From Patescibacteria group bacterium (GTDB lineage Bacteria > Patescibacteriota > JABMPQ01 > JAQVVF01): a DNA stretch of 64,000 bases. Positions 9,757 to 19,667 of this stretch are shown here, one piece after another. The position numbers were made by a program, and so were the translations under genes. Position 1 is the stretch's first letter. Each line of letters starts with the position of its first letter. The notes beneath the pieces are model-generated. The model had not been told where the DNA came from, did not search any database, and was given only the letters and a program-made list of their open reading frames with translations. The stretch spans positions 5,735-69,734 of the forward strand of contig JBAZSC010000002.1 of assembly GCA_041662665.1 (NCBI GenBank), read 5' to 3'.

Positions 9757-9825
9757 AAAAATAGAAATTAGGAAACAGAAAACAGTACAACATTGAACAA
9801 TTTTCTGTTTCCTGTTTTCTATTTT

Positions 9826-10587
9826 CTAACGTATATCTTCAAAATCACTTGGCTGTTTTTTAAAAATAAACACATTCCAATAATTTTTGATATGAAACCA
9901 CAAAAACTTCCAAAATCCTTTTTCAAATCTTCTTGGCGAAGTATATACGAAAATCTTTGAATCAAAAACAACTTTACCATATTTTTTTAGCTTTTGTCCA
10001 AGAAAAACATCTTCAGCAGATTTTAAATTCAAATCATAGCCTCCAGCCTTAATAAATAAATCTTTTCGATAAGCAAAATTCATTCCAGTCACATTATCTT
10101 TTCCAAACAATCTAGAAATATGTAAAAACAAAGTATAAATATATCGAGCCAAAAATTTTAAATATGCTGGTCCACCATTCATCCTCACACTTCCATAAAC
10201 AACAGCAATTTGTTCAGGTGCTTCGAGTATTTCAAGTGTTTTCTGTTGTTCTTGTAAATCAAAATTAAAATGATTATCTATTTTTCTTAGCCAATCCCTC
10301 GGATAAACAGTATCCGCATCACAACTCGCAATAATCTCGCCTTGAGCATTCTCCGCGCCACTTTGCCTTGCATAAGAAACACCTTTTCTATTTTCTTTAA
10401 CAATTTTTAAATTATTAAAATTATTTTTCTTCGCCACATCTAGAACAACATCTTCAGTATGATCAGTACAAGCATTTAAACTCATAATCAATTCATAATC
10501 CAAAAAATCTTGATTCACAAGAGATTCAATGCACGGTCTAATATATTTTTCTTCATTATACGCAGGAACAACAATTGAAATTTTCAA
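9826..10587 (-). CDS. glycosyltransferase family 2
   Basis: 'ISIVVPAYNEEKYI', DxD ('SCDADT'). Confidence 0.75.
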   Translation of the reverse strand: MKISIVVPAYNEEKYIRPCIESLVNQDFLDYELIMSLNACTDHTEDVVLDVAKKNNFNNLKIVKENRKGVSYARQSGAENAQGEIIASCDADTVYPRDWLRKIDNHFNFDLQEQQKTLEILEAPEQIAVVYGSVRMNGGPAYLKFLARYIYTLFLHISRLFGKDNVTGMNFAYRKDLFIKAGGYDLNLKSAEDVFLGQKLKKYGKVVFDSKIFVYTSPRRFEKGFWKFLWFHIKNYWNVFIFKKQPSDFEDIR

Positions 10588-10688
10588 TCTTCAATAATCA
10601 ATTTACAATTAATTTTCAATAAATTAATTTTCAATAAACAGCTTGTAAATTGAAAATTGTAAATTTATTGAAAATTGTAAATTGAAAA

Positions 10689-11546
10689 TTATTTAATCTT
10701 ATCGCATTCTATTTTAATACCATCAGACAAACAACGAATATCTTTATCCAAATCTGTCCTCAAAACTTTAATGCCCAAATTATTCAAATTATCCAAAGTA
10801 ATTTGTCCAGGATGATGATAAACATTTTTCAAACCCACCATAATTATACCATAATTCGGTGCAACTGCTTTCAAAAAATCCATTGAACTTGAATATTTGC
10901 TTCCATGATGGCCCACTTTCAAAACATCACTTTTCAAATCAACATTGCTAGTCAAAATTTCTTTCTCATTTTTTACTCCTGCATCACCTGTCATCATAAT
11001 AGAATTTTGCCCATAAATCAATCTTAAAACAACCGAAGAATCATTTTGATCCTCGCCTTCTGTATAATTTATTGGAGCTAAAATTTTAATTTTAGTTTGT
11101 CCTATAGAAATTTCATCACCAGCTTTAACATTTTTTTCTAAAATATTTTTCTCTTTAATTATTCTTTTAAATTCTGAATAACCAGCATAATCATCTTTAG
11201 TTACAAAATACAAAACTTCTCCAACATCATATCTTTTTAAAACATCAACAAGCCCATCTATATGATCAGCATGTGAATGACTCAAAATCATTAATTCAAT
11301 ATTTTTATCATAATATGGCATTACCTTTCCCAATTTTTCCAAAATCTTACTGCTTGGACCTCCATCAATTAAAACATCTTGAGAATCAACAGTCCTAAAA
11401 TATGAGGCATCTCCTTGCCCAATATCAAAAAAATAGGCTGTTAAATTTTTATCAGATTTAAAAACCGCTGGCCATAAAACAATATTTAGCAATCCAAATA
11501 CAACTATAATGCTATAAACAATTTTTTTATTTTTAACTTTTATCAT
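10689..11546 (-). CDS. comEC: ComEC C-terminal metallo-beta-lactamase domain protein (split ComEC, part 2)
   Basis: N-terminal TM segment, 'DIGQGDASYF', 'HSHADHIDGL', 'VGHHGS'. Confidence 0.75.
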   Translation of the reverse strand: MIKVKNKKIVYSIIVVFGLLNIVLWPAVFKSDKNLTAYFFDIGQGDASYFRTVDSQDVLIDGGPSSKILEKLGKVMPYYDKNIELMILSHSHADHIDGLVDVLKRYDVGEVLYFVTKDDYAGYSEFKRIIKEKNILEKNVKAGDEISIGQTKIKILAPINYTEGEDQNDSSVVLRLIYGQNSIMMTGDAGVKNEKEILTSNVDLKSDVLKVGHHGSKYSSSMDFLKAVAPNYGIIMVGLKNVYHHPGQITLDNLNNLGIKVLRTDLDKDIRCLSDGIKIECDKIK

Positions 11547-11556
11547 AATTAAATAT

Positions 11557-11587
11557 CGTAGAGACGTTGCATTGCAACGTCTCTACG
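11557..11587. repeat. perfect 31-nt palindrome at the junction of the two ComEC ORFs
   Basis: cgtagagacgttgca-t-tgcaacgtctctacg. It contains the TAG stop of the upstream ORF and lies 10 nt before the downstream ATG. Confidence 0.8.
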
Positions 11588-13058
11588 TCTTAATTTTTTT
11601 TCTAAAAAATCTCCAACTAACAATAATAATAACATAATACAATATCGTCCATCCAAACCAAAGTTTATCAACTTCAATTGATGCAAAATCAAATTTTACA
11701 AAAAATTCCACTAGCCAAATCATATACGAAACAAGCAACCATGCTAAAAGCCCGAACAATCTTCCTATTGGCAGAACAAACAATCCAAAAATTCCGCCCA
11801 TGAATCCAAATAGCATCGTCAAAGGCACAAATGGCAAAATCAATATATTTACCAATGGTGAAATTACCGAAAGTCTTTGAAAATTATTAAAAATAATTGG
11901 CAATACTAATAATTGTGCCGCCAAAGTCATTCCCAATATTTCTTGCAATTTAAAAATATTTGGCAGAAATTTTAAATATTTTAAAATAATTGGCGTAAAA
12001 TAGACGATCCCAATCGTTGCTAAAAAAGATAACTGAAAACCAACATCAAAAGATAATAGCAATGGATTAATGAAAACAATTGTTAATGCCGAAAATAAAA
12101 GCACGTTTCTAATATTCGACATTCTGCCAGAATTCAAAGCAACTAGAACTAATCCTCCCATAATAGACGCTCTAATTGCTGAAGATTGCACTCCAGTAAT
12201 AATTATAAAGAACAATAATCCAGTTACAGCTAAAACAAAAGATTGTTTCCTGCTCAAAAAATACATCCCAAAAGCTAATAAAATAGAACATATAATTGTA
12301 ACATGATAACCTGAAACAACTATTATATGAGAAACACCAACAAAATTAAATTTATCCATTAATTCTTTTGATAAACCACTTTTATTACCCAATAATAATC
12401 CGTCCATCAAAGAAGCTTGCGGTTCTGACAAAATTTTCGTCAAACTTGACCTAAATTTACTCTTTATTTTTAAAATATAGTTAAACAATAAATTTCCATG
12501 TCCGCTAGAAACTAATTCAATTTTTGGATTATAACTAACCGAATATATGCCGCTTTTAGCTAAAAAATCTCGATAATTAAATTCATTAAATTCACCAGGA
12601 TCTTTTAATTTTGCTTGCATTACTACCGAATCTCCATAATTAAATTCTGGATATTTTGGCACAGTTACCAAAATTTTACCTTTTAATTTATTTTCGTTAT
12701 CTCCTAATTTTAAATTTCCTAATGTCAATCTCGTATTCTCTATTCTAATATCAGGCTCAGAAACAACATTTCCAATAACTTTAATTTCTTCTTTTTCGTT
12801 ATAATATTGCACCCATGTATTATCAACTTTTGGCAATGCTATTTCGTATCGAAACATTCCAAATAAAAAAACTAAAATTCCCAAACCAATAAACAAACAA
12901 ATCCGATATTTATGCCAAATAAAAATCAGAATTAATGCACAATTAATAATTACTAATTTTAGAATTAAATTAAAATTAAAAAATTGAGATAAAAAAATCC
13001 CTCCCAAAAATATAGCACCTAGCCAAAAAAATATTTTTGCCTTAGTTAATTTGAACAC
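11583..13058 (-). CDS. comEC: ComEC/Rec2 competence membrane domain protein (split ComEC, part 1)
   Basis: N-terminal TM helices, an OB/DUF4131-like region, then a polytopic competence domain. Confidence 0.75.
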   Translation of the reverse strand: MFKLTKAKIFFWLGAIFLGGIFLSQFFNFNLILKLVIINCALILIFIWHKYRICLFIGLGILVFLFGMFRYEIALPKVDNTWVQYYNEKEEIKVIGNVVSEPDIRIENTRLTLGNLKLGDNENKLKGKILVTVPKYPEFNYGDSVVMQAKLKDPGEFNEFNYRDFLAKSGIYSVSYNPKIELVSSGHGNLLFNYILKIKSKFRSSLTKILSEPQASLMDGLLLGNKSGLSKELMDKFNFVGVSHIIVVSGYHVTIICSILLAFGMYFLSRKQSFVLAVTGLLFFIIITGVQSSAIRASIMGGLVLVALNSGRMSNIRNVLLFSALTIVFINPLLLSFDVGFQLSFLATIGIVYFTPIILKYLKFLPNIFKLQEILGMTLAAQLLVLPIIFNNFQRLSVISPLVNILILPFVPLTMLFGFMGGIFGLFVLPIGRLFGLLAWLLVSYMIWLVEFFVKFDFASIEVDKLWFGWTILYYVIIIVSWRFFRKKIKT

Positions 13059-13133
13059 TTTATCTGTTCAACTAAAATAATAAAATAAATTAAAGACCAA
13101 GATCTTTGTTCAATTTAATAAATTTAATTATAA

Positions 13134-13160
13134 CAAAAAGTCCGTGAAATTTCACGGACT
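13134..13160 (-). terminator. Rho-independent terminator of ftsZ
   Basis: Perfect 22-nt palindrome 'agtccgtgaaatttcacggact' followed by a T-run on the minus strand. Confidence 0.65.
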
Positions 13161-13194
13161 TATAACTTATACCTTTAATCTTGTATCTTCGTTT

Positions 13195-14358
13195 TTACTT
13201 ATTCAATTTTCTTCTTATAAAAGCTGGTACGTCTAATTCGTCATCATCAGCTTCGATTGTTGGTCTGCGAGGTTCTTGAATTTTGGGTCTATTGTTTTCA
13301 ACTGATTGATAACTAAATCCTTTAAAAACGTCATTTTGAATATTAGATGAAGAAGATGAGGATAATGTTGATAATGGAATTGAATCATCAAGATTTTTTT
13401 TCTTTTTCTTTGATGAAAATCCTGTAGCAATTACTGTGATCTTTATCTCATTATTTAAACTTTCGTCCCTAACAGCACCAAAAATAATTTTAGCTTTTGG
13501 ATCAACTGATTCTGTAATTACTTTAGCAGCTTCATCAATTTCCAACATTCCTAAATCATCGCCACCGCAAACATTAAATAACACGCCTGTTGCGCCATCA
13601 ACTGATTGTTCTAACAATGGACTATCGATTGCTTTCTTTGCAGCTTCAGCAGCTCTATTTTCGCCAGAAGCAACGCCAATACCCATCAATGCCGAACCAG
13701 TACCTTCCATGATTGCCCGAACATCTGCAAAGTCTACATTAACAACGCCTGGAACAGTAATTAAATCCGATATACCTTGAACACCTTGCCTTAAAACTTC
13801 ATCAACTACTTTAAATGCATCAGTCAAAGAAGTTTTTTTATCAATTATTTGCAATAATTTGTCATTCGGAATTGTAATTAAAGTATCAACTTTGCTTTCC
13901 AATTCTTCATGCCCTTTTTCAGCAATATCATTTCTTTGTGCACCTTCGAATGAAAAAGGTTTTGTCACAACACCAACAGTCAAAGCGCCAGCTTCTTTTG
14001 CAATACTCGCAACAACTGGAGCAGCGCCAGTACCAGTTCCGCCACCAAGTCCGCAAGTGATAAAAACCATATCGCTTCCTTTGACAGCTTCTTGAATTTC
14101 TTCTTGGTCTTCTTCTGCAGCTTGTCTTCCAATTTCTGGATTCATGCCCGCACCCAATCCTCTTGTCAAAGTCTTGCCAATATTAATTCTTGTTTTAATA
14201 TTAGAAACTTGCAATGCTTGAGCATCAGTATTCACAATAATAAAATCAACGCCTTTCATTGTCGATGAATGCATTCTACTTACAGCTGAACAGCCACCTC
14301 CACCAACACCAACCACTTTGATTCTCGCAAATGTTTCAATCTCTGGTTTTATCTCCAT
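13195..14358 (-). CDS. ftsZ: cell division protein FtsZ
   Basis: 'GGGTGTG' tubulin signature; 'VVGVGGGG'. Confidence 0.95.
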   Translation of the reverse strand: MEIKPEIETFARIKVVGVGGGGCSAVSRMHSSTMKGVDFIIVNTDAQALQVSNIKTRINIGKTLTRGLGAGMNPEIGRQAAEEDQEEIQEAVKGSDMVFITCGLGGGTGTGAAPVVASIAKEAGALTVGVVTKPFSFEGAQRNDIAEKGHEELESKVDTLITIPNDKLLQIIDKKTSLTDAFKVVDEVLRQGVQGISDLITVPGVVNVDFADVRAIMEGTGSALMGIGVASGENRAAEAAKKAIDSPLLEQSVDGATGVLFNVCGGDDLGMLEIDEAAKVITESVDPKAKIIFGAVRDESLNNEIKITVIATGFSSKKKKKNLDDSIPLSTLSSSSSSNIQNDVFKGFSYQSVENNRPKIQEPRRPTIEADDDELDVPAFIRRKLNK

Positions 14359-14439
14359 AAATTTATTTTTAACACTTTAATATACAAATTATTCTAAAAT
14401 TATCGGAGCATCTAAAGCTATTCATTAGTATTCGTATGT

Positions 14440-14525
14440 GCCTTTTCGCTTTATTATTCGTATGTTCGCATTCGTAGTGCGCTTTTCGCATACTATTTGC
14501 ATGTGCTTTTTCGCTAAAGCCATTC
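14440..14525. repeat. degenerate tandem ~21-nt repeats (attcgtatgtgcYttttcgc, x4) in the ftsA-ftsZ spacer
   Basis: Seen directly in the sequence. Probably the ftsZ promoter/regulatory region. Confidence 0.5.
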
Positions 14526-14527
14526 GC

Positions 14528-14555
14528 ATACCAAAAATGAGCTTATCTAATAGCT
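14528..14555 (-). terminator. hairpin plus T-run downstream of ftsA
   Basis: 'atgagct...agctcat' stem followed by 'ttttt' on the minus strand. Confidence 0.4.
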
Positions 14556-14658
14556 CATTATAGTTGAAAAAATTATATACATCAAGAATCAATGTGGATA
14601 AGTTGAACAAGACTATTGTTCAAACTGTCCAAATTTTGTTTACAGTTTACAATTTATT

Positions 14659-15894
14659 CTATGGAAGAAATGTTTTGAACCAACCTTTTATTTTATCTAC
14701 AGTATTACCCATTGAAGAAATTCCAGGCACGTCTTTTCTCTCTTCTACATGACTCAAACCCCACATGATCAGACCTTCTGGTGTTGCATATGATGGATCA
14801 TCCATTTTATCAACCACTCCAGGTATGCTTTCAGGAAAGCCAATTTGTGCTGGCAATCTTAATTCTTTTTTCGCTAAATCAACAATATTTGGCAATTTTG
14901 CGCCACCACCACATAACACTATGCCAGCTGGTAATTTTCCTGATCTATCAATTTTTCTAAGCTCTTTATCGATCATCGAAAACATTTCTGATAATCTTGC
15001 TTCAATTATTTCTACGATTTTTTTTCTTGCAACTAGTTGAGGTTCGCCACCAACAATCTTCGATAAATCAACTTCATCTCTCTTATCAATATCTGAAGTC
15101 ACTGCTACTCCATATTCTAATTTTATTCTTTCCGCATCTTCGATAGAAGTACGAAGACCAATAGCCAAATCATTTGTAATATGTTCAGAACCAATTGGCA
15201 ATACAGATACAGTCATCAAATCACCTTCTTCATAGACAACTAATCCAGTTGTACCGCCACCAATATCAACCAAAACAACACCTAATTCTTTCTGTTTTTT
15301 TGACAAAACAGAATAGCTAGCTGCAAGAGGTGAAACAATCAAATCATCAATTTCAATACCAGCTCTCGCAATACATTTTGTTAAATTCTTAATATATGAC
15401 GTTGCTCCTTCAACAATTACTGCTTCAACTTCCAATCTTACACCATTCATTCCAATCGGATCTTTAATGCCTTCTTGATTGTCGACAATAAAATATCTTG
15501 GCACAACATGTAAAATTTCATGATTTGGTGGTAATGAAATTGCTGATGCTGCATCAATTGATCTTGAAACATCATCTTCTGTGATTTCGTTATCAGCACG
15601 GCCAACTGCAATCACACCTTTGCTATTTTCAGAAATAACATGGCTCCCTCCAACTGAAATAAAAGCATGTTCAATTGGAACACCACTTGTTCTTTCTGCT
15701 TTTTCAATTGATGAAGATATGCTACTAGTTGCTTCTTCAACATCAACAACAACTCCTCGTCTTATTCCATTAGAAAAAGACTCACCTAATCCAATAATTT
15801 GAGGCTTTTCTGTTTCAAAATCAACTCTTGAAACAATTGTTCTAATTTTGTGAGACCCTATATCTAGTCCAACAATAATTTCTTCTTTAGGCAT
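14659..15894 (-). CDS. ftsA: cell division protein FtsA
   Basis: Actin-like ATPase fold; 'VGLDIGS', 'DIGGGTT'. Confidence 0.9.
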   Translation of the reverse strand: MPKEEIIVGLDIGSHKIRTIVSRVDFETEKPQIIGLGESFSNGIRRGVVVDVEEATSSISSSIEKAERTSGVPIEHAFISVGGSHVISENSKGVIAVGRADNEITEDDVSRSIDAASAISLPPNHEILHVVPRYFIVDNQEGIKDPIGMNGVRLEVEAVIVEGATSYIKNLTKCIARAGIEIDDLIVSPLAASYSVLSKKQKELGVVLVDIGGGTTGLVVYEEGDLMTVSVLPIGSEHITNDLAIGLRTSIEDAERIKLEYGVAVTSDIDKRDEVDLSKIVGGEPQLVARKKIVEIIEARLSEMFSMIDKELRKIDRSGKLPAGIVLCGGGAKLPNIVDLAKKELRLPAQIGFPESIPGVVDKMDDPSYATPEGLIMWGLSHVEERKDVPGISSMGNTVDKIKGWFKTFLP

Positions 15895-16020
15895 TTAGTT
15901 TTGATTTTGTTTTATAAATATAATTCTTTAATAATAGATTTAGTGTAACAAAAAAATCGATAAATTGTAAGATTAATTTGTTGATAAATAGATTTTTAAA
16001 AATATCTATTTAATTTCTAA

Positions 16021-16413
16021 CTAAATATTAAATAAATTTATAATTCTTGGCAAGAAGATAATTATACCAATTGCAACAGCAGCCAACGATGCAACTAATA
16101 CAGTTGCTGCCATCATATCTTTTATTATCATCGCATAATCATGAATTCGCGGTTTTAGAATATCAACTATTCTTTCAAATATGGAATTGACTAATTCAGC
16201 AAAAATTACCAATGTCATTGCAATTATCAAAATCAATGCTTCTAACATCGATACTTTAAAGAAAACCATTAATATAATTACAATCGAAGCCACAAAAAGA
16301 TGAATTCTAAAATTTTGTTCTTCTTTAAAAGTATAAATTAAACCTTTAAAAGAATAACCGAAACTTTTAACTAATCTTTTTAAATCTATTATTTTCATTT
16401 TTATTTTTATCAA
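16021..16413 (-). CDS. dgkA: diacylglycerol kinase / undecaprenol kinase family
   Basis: Three TM helices; 'FAELVNSIFERIVD'. Confidence 0.7.
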   Translation of the reverse strand: MIKIKMKIIDLKRLVKSFGYSFKGLIYTFKEEQNFRIHLFVASIVIILMVFFKVSMLEALILIIAMTLVIFAELVNSIFERIVDILKPRIHDYAMIIKDMMAATVLVASLAAVAIGIIIFLPRIINLFNI

Positions 16414-16415
16414 TA

Positions 16416-16910
16416 TTAATTATAAAAACAAGCTTTATATTGAATTCGCTGCAATACAGGTTTAATTTTCTCAACCTTTTCAGTTTTGCCCATATTGTCA
16501 TATTCCACCAGTTCTTGTTCAAGGCTCAACAGAGGCAAAGACATTCCTTGGTATTCTTTAATAAATATCTTGTGATTTTGATTAGGCTCGGACCATGAAC
16601 CGTTTCTAAGACGATATTGAAACTCACCCATCACGTCAATGTTCACACCATCGATTTTATATATTCCAAAGAATGATTGATATTTATCAGTACTTGAAAA
16701 TTTAGATTCTTTCACTTTGTATTCATCCATCAAAATATTTATTTGTTTTGAACCTACCTCAGTCGTTAAAATATCAATATCATTGTTAATTTGCACATCC
16801 ACCCCCTGAATCACAAGCGAAGTGCTTCCACTCAAAATCCAGGGAATGTCTTTACCATCGATTAATTGAACGAACTTTTTTAGAACATTTAAAATATGTG
16901 CTGGTACCAT
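16416..16910 (-). CDS. nucleotidyltransferase-domain protein (Pol-beta superfamily)
   Basis: 'GSTSLVIQGVDVQINNDIDIL' matches the GS-x-G...D-x-D nucleotidyltransferase motif. Confidence 0.55.
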   Translation of the reverse strand: MVPAHILNVLKKFVQLIDGKDIPWILSGSTSLVIQGVDVQINNDIDILTTEVGSKQINILMDEYKVKESKFSSTDKYQSFFGIYKIDGVNIDVMGEFQYRLRNGSWSEPNQNHKIFIKEYQGMSLPLLSLEQELVEYDNMGKTEKVEKIKPVLQRIQYKACFYN

Positions 16911-16940
16911 ACAGATGGTTTAAATTAAAGAAATATTTGC

Positions 16941-17369
16941 CTAACTATAAAATTTATCTAAGATTTTTCGGAGGCGAAATAATATTTCCTTTTGCAAAAA
17001 AACCATTTTTTTATAACCTTTTTCATTTTCATCATTATAATCAAAAAGATGCAAGATGCCATGGATAAAAATTTCTGCTAATTCTTCTTTGTCATTTCTT
17101 TCAATCTTTTTTGCTTGTCTTTTTACTTGATCTATACAAATAAAAATTTGACCTAAAAAATTTTCTTCTTTTATATTGAAAGTCAAAACATCAGTAACTT
17201 TATCTATTTTGCGATATTTTTTATTTAGATTTTTAATTTCATCATCACTAACTAAAACCACATCAAAATCATAATTACTTTTTTCATTCAGATAGCTAAA
17301 GGTATCCTTAGCTATCTTTTCAAAAAAGTCTTTATTAATCTTGCTCTTTGTGCGATTAATTAAATTCAT
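16941..17369 (-). CDS. ybeY: rRNA maturation RNase YbeY
   Basis: 'IFIHGILHLFDYND' HxxxHxxxxxH zinc motif. Confidence 0.75.
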   Translation of the reverse strand: MNLINRTKSKINKDFFEKIAKDTFSYLNEKSNYDFDVVLVSDDEIKNLNKKYRKIDKVTDVLTFNIKEENFLGQIFICIDQVKRQAKKIERNDKEELAEIFIHGILHLFDYNDENEKGYKKMVFLQKEILFRLRKILDKFYS

Positions 17370-17611
17370 TATTGTTTGAATGCTTGACTATCTAATTTTC
17401 CTATCTTTCGAAGATAATCTCTTTCTTTTCTAAATTCACTGCGTTTAATTGCACTTCTTCTTGTTAAGTTCTTGCTTTTCTTTCTTTCAAAACGTTTTTT
17501 GCTTCTTGCCAAAACCAAAACTCCACTTCTCTGAAGTTGTTTCTTAAATCTCCTTAACATACTTTCGATTTTCTCATCGCCTCTTTTGGTTACATCAACC
17601 ATTAGATTCAC
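17369..17611 (-). CDS. rpsU: 30S ribosomal protein S21
   Basis: 'MLRRFKKQLQRSGVL...' basic 80-aa protein. Confidence 0.75.
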   Translation of the reverse strand: MNLMVDVTKRGDEKIESMLRRFKKQLQRSGVLVLARSKKRFERKKSKNLTRRSAIKRSEFRKERDYLRKIGKLDSQAFKQ

Positions 17612-17640
17612 CCACCTTTCTTATAAATATATTTATTAAA

Positions 17641-18975
17641 CTAATTCTTTTGACTCAATTTTTTCTTGATCTCAATTGCTAGATTATCCTGATTTAAAAC
17701 TTCTTGAATTCCACTTTGCATATCTCTGATCAATATACTTTTATCTAAAACTTCTTTTTGCCCTAATATCAATGCATATCTAACTCCTAAATTACTAGCA
17801 AATCTTAATTGAGATTTTATGCTATCTTTGTGCATATTCTCAACTACAGAAATTCCGCTGTCAATCAACGCATTTATAATTCCTAAAGATTTTTTCCTAG
17901 CCATATCTCCCAATTGAACAAGCATTACATCTGGCTTTTTTCTAGGTAAATCTTTTCGTTCTCTATTTTCTTTTAAATAATTTATGATTCTCTCTACTCC
18001 CAAAGCCATGCCAATTGCTGGAGTTTCTCTACCACCCATAATTTCCACGAGATCATCATATCTTCCGCCACCGCCAAAACTTCCTTGAGCTGCAACAGCT
18101 TTTTCTCCTGTTGGCCAAATTTCAAAAGCAGTCTTTGTATAATAGTCTAATCCGCGTACTAATTTAGAATTCAAATTATAAGGAATTTTAGCTTCGTCTA
18201 AATATTCTAATACTTCTTTAAAATGATTATGGCATTCCTCGCATAGATAATCAATAATTTGCGGTGCTTCATTGATTGTTTCTTGACATTTTGGATTCTT
18301 GCAATCTAAAACTCTCATTGGATTGCTTTTTAATCTTTTTTTGCAATCCATACATAATCTTTGTTTTTTGCTTGTCAAAAAATCAACTAACATCTCGCGA
18401 TATTGTTCACGACAAACTCTGCAACCAACACTATTTATCTGAACCTCAAAATTGTTCAAGCCAATTTTTTTCAAAATCTTCCATGCAATAAAAATTACTT
18501 GCGCATCAATCACTGCTTTTGAACTTCCTAAAGCCTCAATATTAAATTGATGAAATTCTCTTTGTCTGCCAGCTTGTGGCTTTTCTCTGCGAAACATTGG
18601 ACCAACATAATACAATTTAACTGGCTGAGGATAGGTATGCATACCATTCTCAATATATGCTCTAACAACACCAGGTGTACCTTCTGGTCGCAATGTTAAA
18701 TCATCTCCACCTTTATCAATAAAAGAAAACATTTCTTTCTGAACAACATCTGTGTTCTCTCCTGTTGATCTTTGGAACAGCTCTGTTCTCTCTAAAATCG
18801 GCGTTTCAAATTTACTAAAACCAAAAGTTCTAGTTACTTTATCTACTGCATCGAAAAACAAATCCCAATAAGGCATTTCTGAAGGCAAAATATCATGCAT
18901 TCCCTTTACTTTTTCAACTAATTTCTTCTTTACTCTTAATTTAGGTTTCTTTAATGTTTTCTTAGGTCTACCCAT
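17641..18975 (-). CDS. hisS: histidyl-tRNA synthetase
   Basis: Motif 2 'FRREKPQAGRQREFHQ', motif 3 'GGGRYD', C-terminal anticodon-binding domain. The true start is probably near 'MHDILPSE'. There is an internal Cys-rich insertion. Confidence 0.9.
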   Translation of the reverse strand: MGRPKKTLKKPKLRVKKKLVEKVKGMHDILPSEMPYWDLFFDAVDKVTRTFGFSKFETPILERTELFQRSTGENTDVVQKEMFSFIDKGGDDLTLRPEGTPGVVRAYIENGMHTYPQPVKLYYVGPMFRREKPQAGRQREFHQFNIEALGSSKAVIDAQVIFIAWKILKKIGLNNFEVQINSVGCRVCREQYREMLVDFLTSKKQRLCMDCKKRLKSNPMRVLDCKNPKCQETINEAPQIIDYLCEECHNHFKEVLEYLDEAKIPYNLNSKLVRGLDYYTKTAFEIWPTGEKAVAAQGSFGGGGRYDDLVEIMGGRETPAIGMALGVERIINYLKENRERKDLPRKKPDVMLVQLGDMARKKSLGIINALIDSGISVVENMHKDSIKSQLRFASNLGVRYALILGQKEVLDKSILIRDMQSGIQEVLNQDNLAIEIKKKLSQKN

Positions 18976-18989
18976 ATAATTGATTAAAT

Positions 18990-19574
18990 TTAATTTTTAA
19001 CACTAAAATAAAGTGGTGTCTTAAAAAGACCAACCTTTGCCAATGGCCAACCTCGAAGCCAAACGCGACCAATTAGATTTGCTTTTGGCAACGGACCCCA
19101 AATTCTTGAATCACTGCTCGCTTTTCTATTATCACCCAACACAAAAAATTCATTATCTTTGACTGTATAATCAATTCTGCCAGGCGTCTTTAAATCAGCA
19201 GGCAGATAGCTTTCGTCAACAGAAATTCCTTCAGAATGATCTTGGTTGTATATCTTAACACTTCCATTAAAAATTTCAAGTCTTTCACCTGGCAATCCAA
19301 TAATCCTCTTAATAAAAAATTGGGATGGATCTTTTGGATACTTAAAAATAACCACATCTCCTCTCTTTGGTTTTTCAAAACGATAGCTTATTTCATCAAC
19401 AATTAGATACTGACCATCTGAAAAATTCGGTTCCATGCTCTCACCTCTAACAAAAAAAGGCTGAAATAAAAAATATCTAACTGGAATAATAATTGCTAAA
19501 GAAATTAAAATTATTTTCACTAATTCAACAACAAATTCTTTTGTTGAAGTTTTTTGTACTATTTTTGTTTCCAT
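18990..19574 (-). CDS. lepB: signal peptidase I
   Basis: 'GESMEP', 'GDNRKASSDSR'. Start set at METKIV with SD 'GGAGGAG'. The track ORF begins at 19643. Confidence 0.85.
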   Translation of the reverse strand: METKIVQKTSTKEFVVELVKIILISLAIIIPVRYFLFQPFFVRGESMEPNFSDGQYLIVDEISYRFEKPKRGDVVIFKYPKDPSQFFIKRIIGLPGERLEIFNGSVKIYNQDHSEGISVDESYLPADLKTPGRIDYTVKDNEFFVLGDNRKASSDSRIWGPLPKANLIGRVWLRGWPLAKVGLFKTPLYFSVKN

Positions 19575-19667
19575 TATATCTCCTCCGCGCTTTTCTAAAA
19601 AAAGCAAAATTAATATTTTATAAGTAACACAATTATACCACAATCAAAGATTTTTTAGCAAGACCAA

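Noticed and set aside
10590-10690. Possible CRISPR array. Intergenic direct and inverted repeats were also examined at 14440-14525, 29870-30000, 41339-41395, 50713-50835 and 62266-62387.
   Set aside because: The repeats are short, degenerate or palindromic, and come in only 2-5 copies without regularly sized unique spacers. No cas genes were seen. They were interpreted as regulatory or MITE-like repeats instead.
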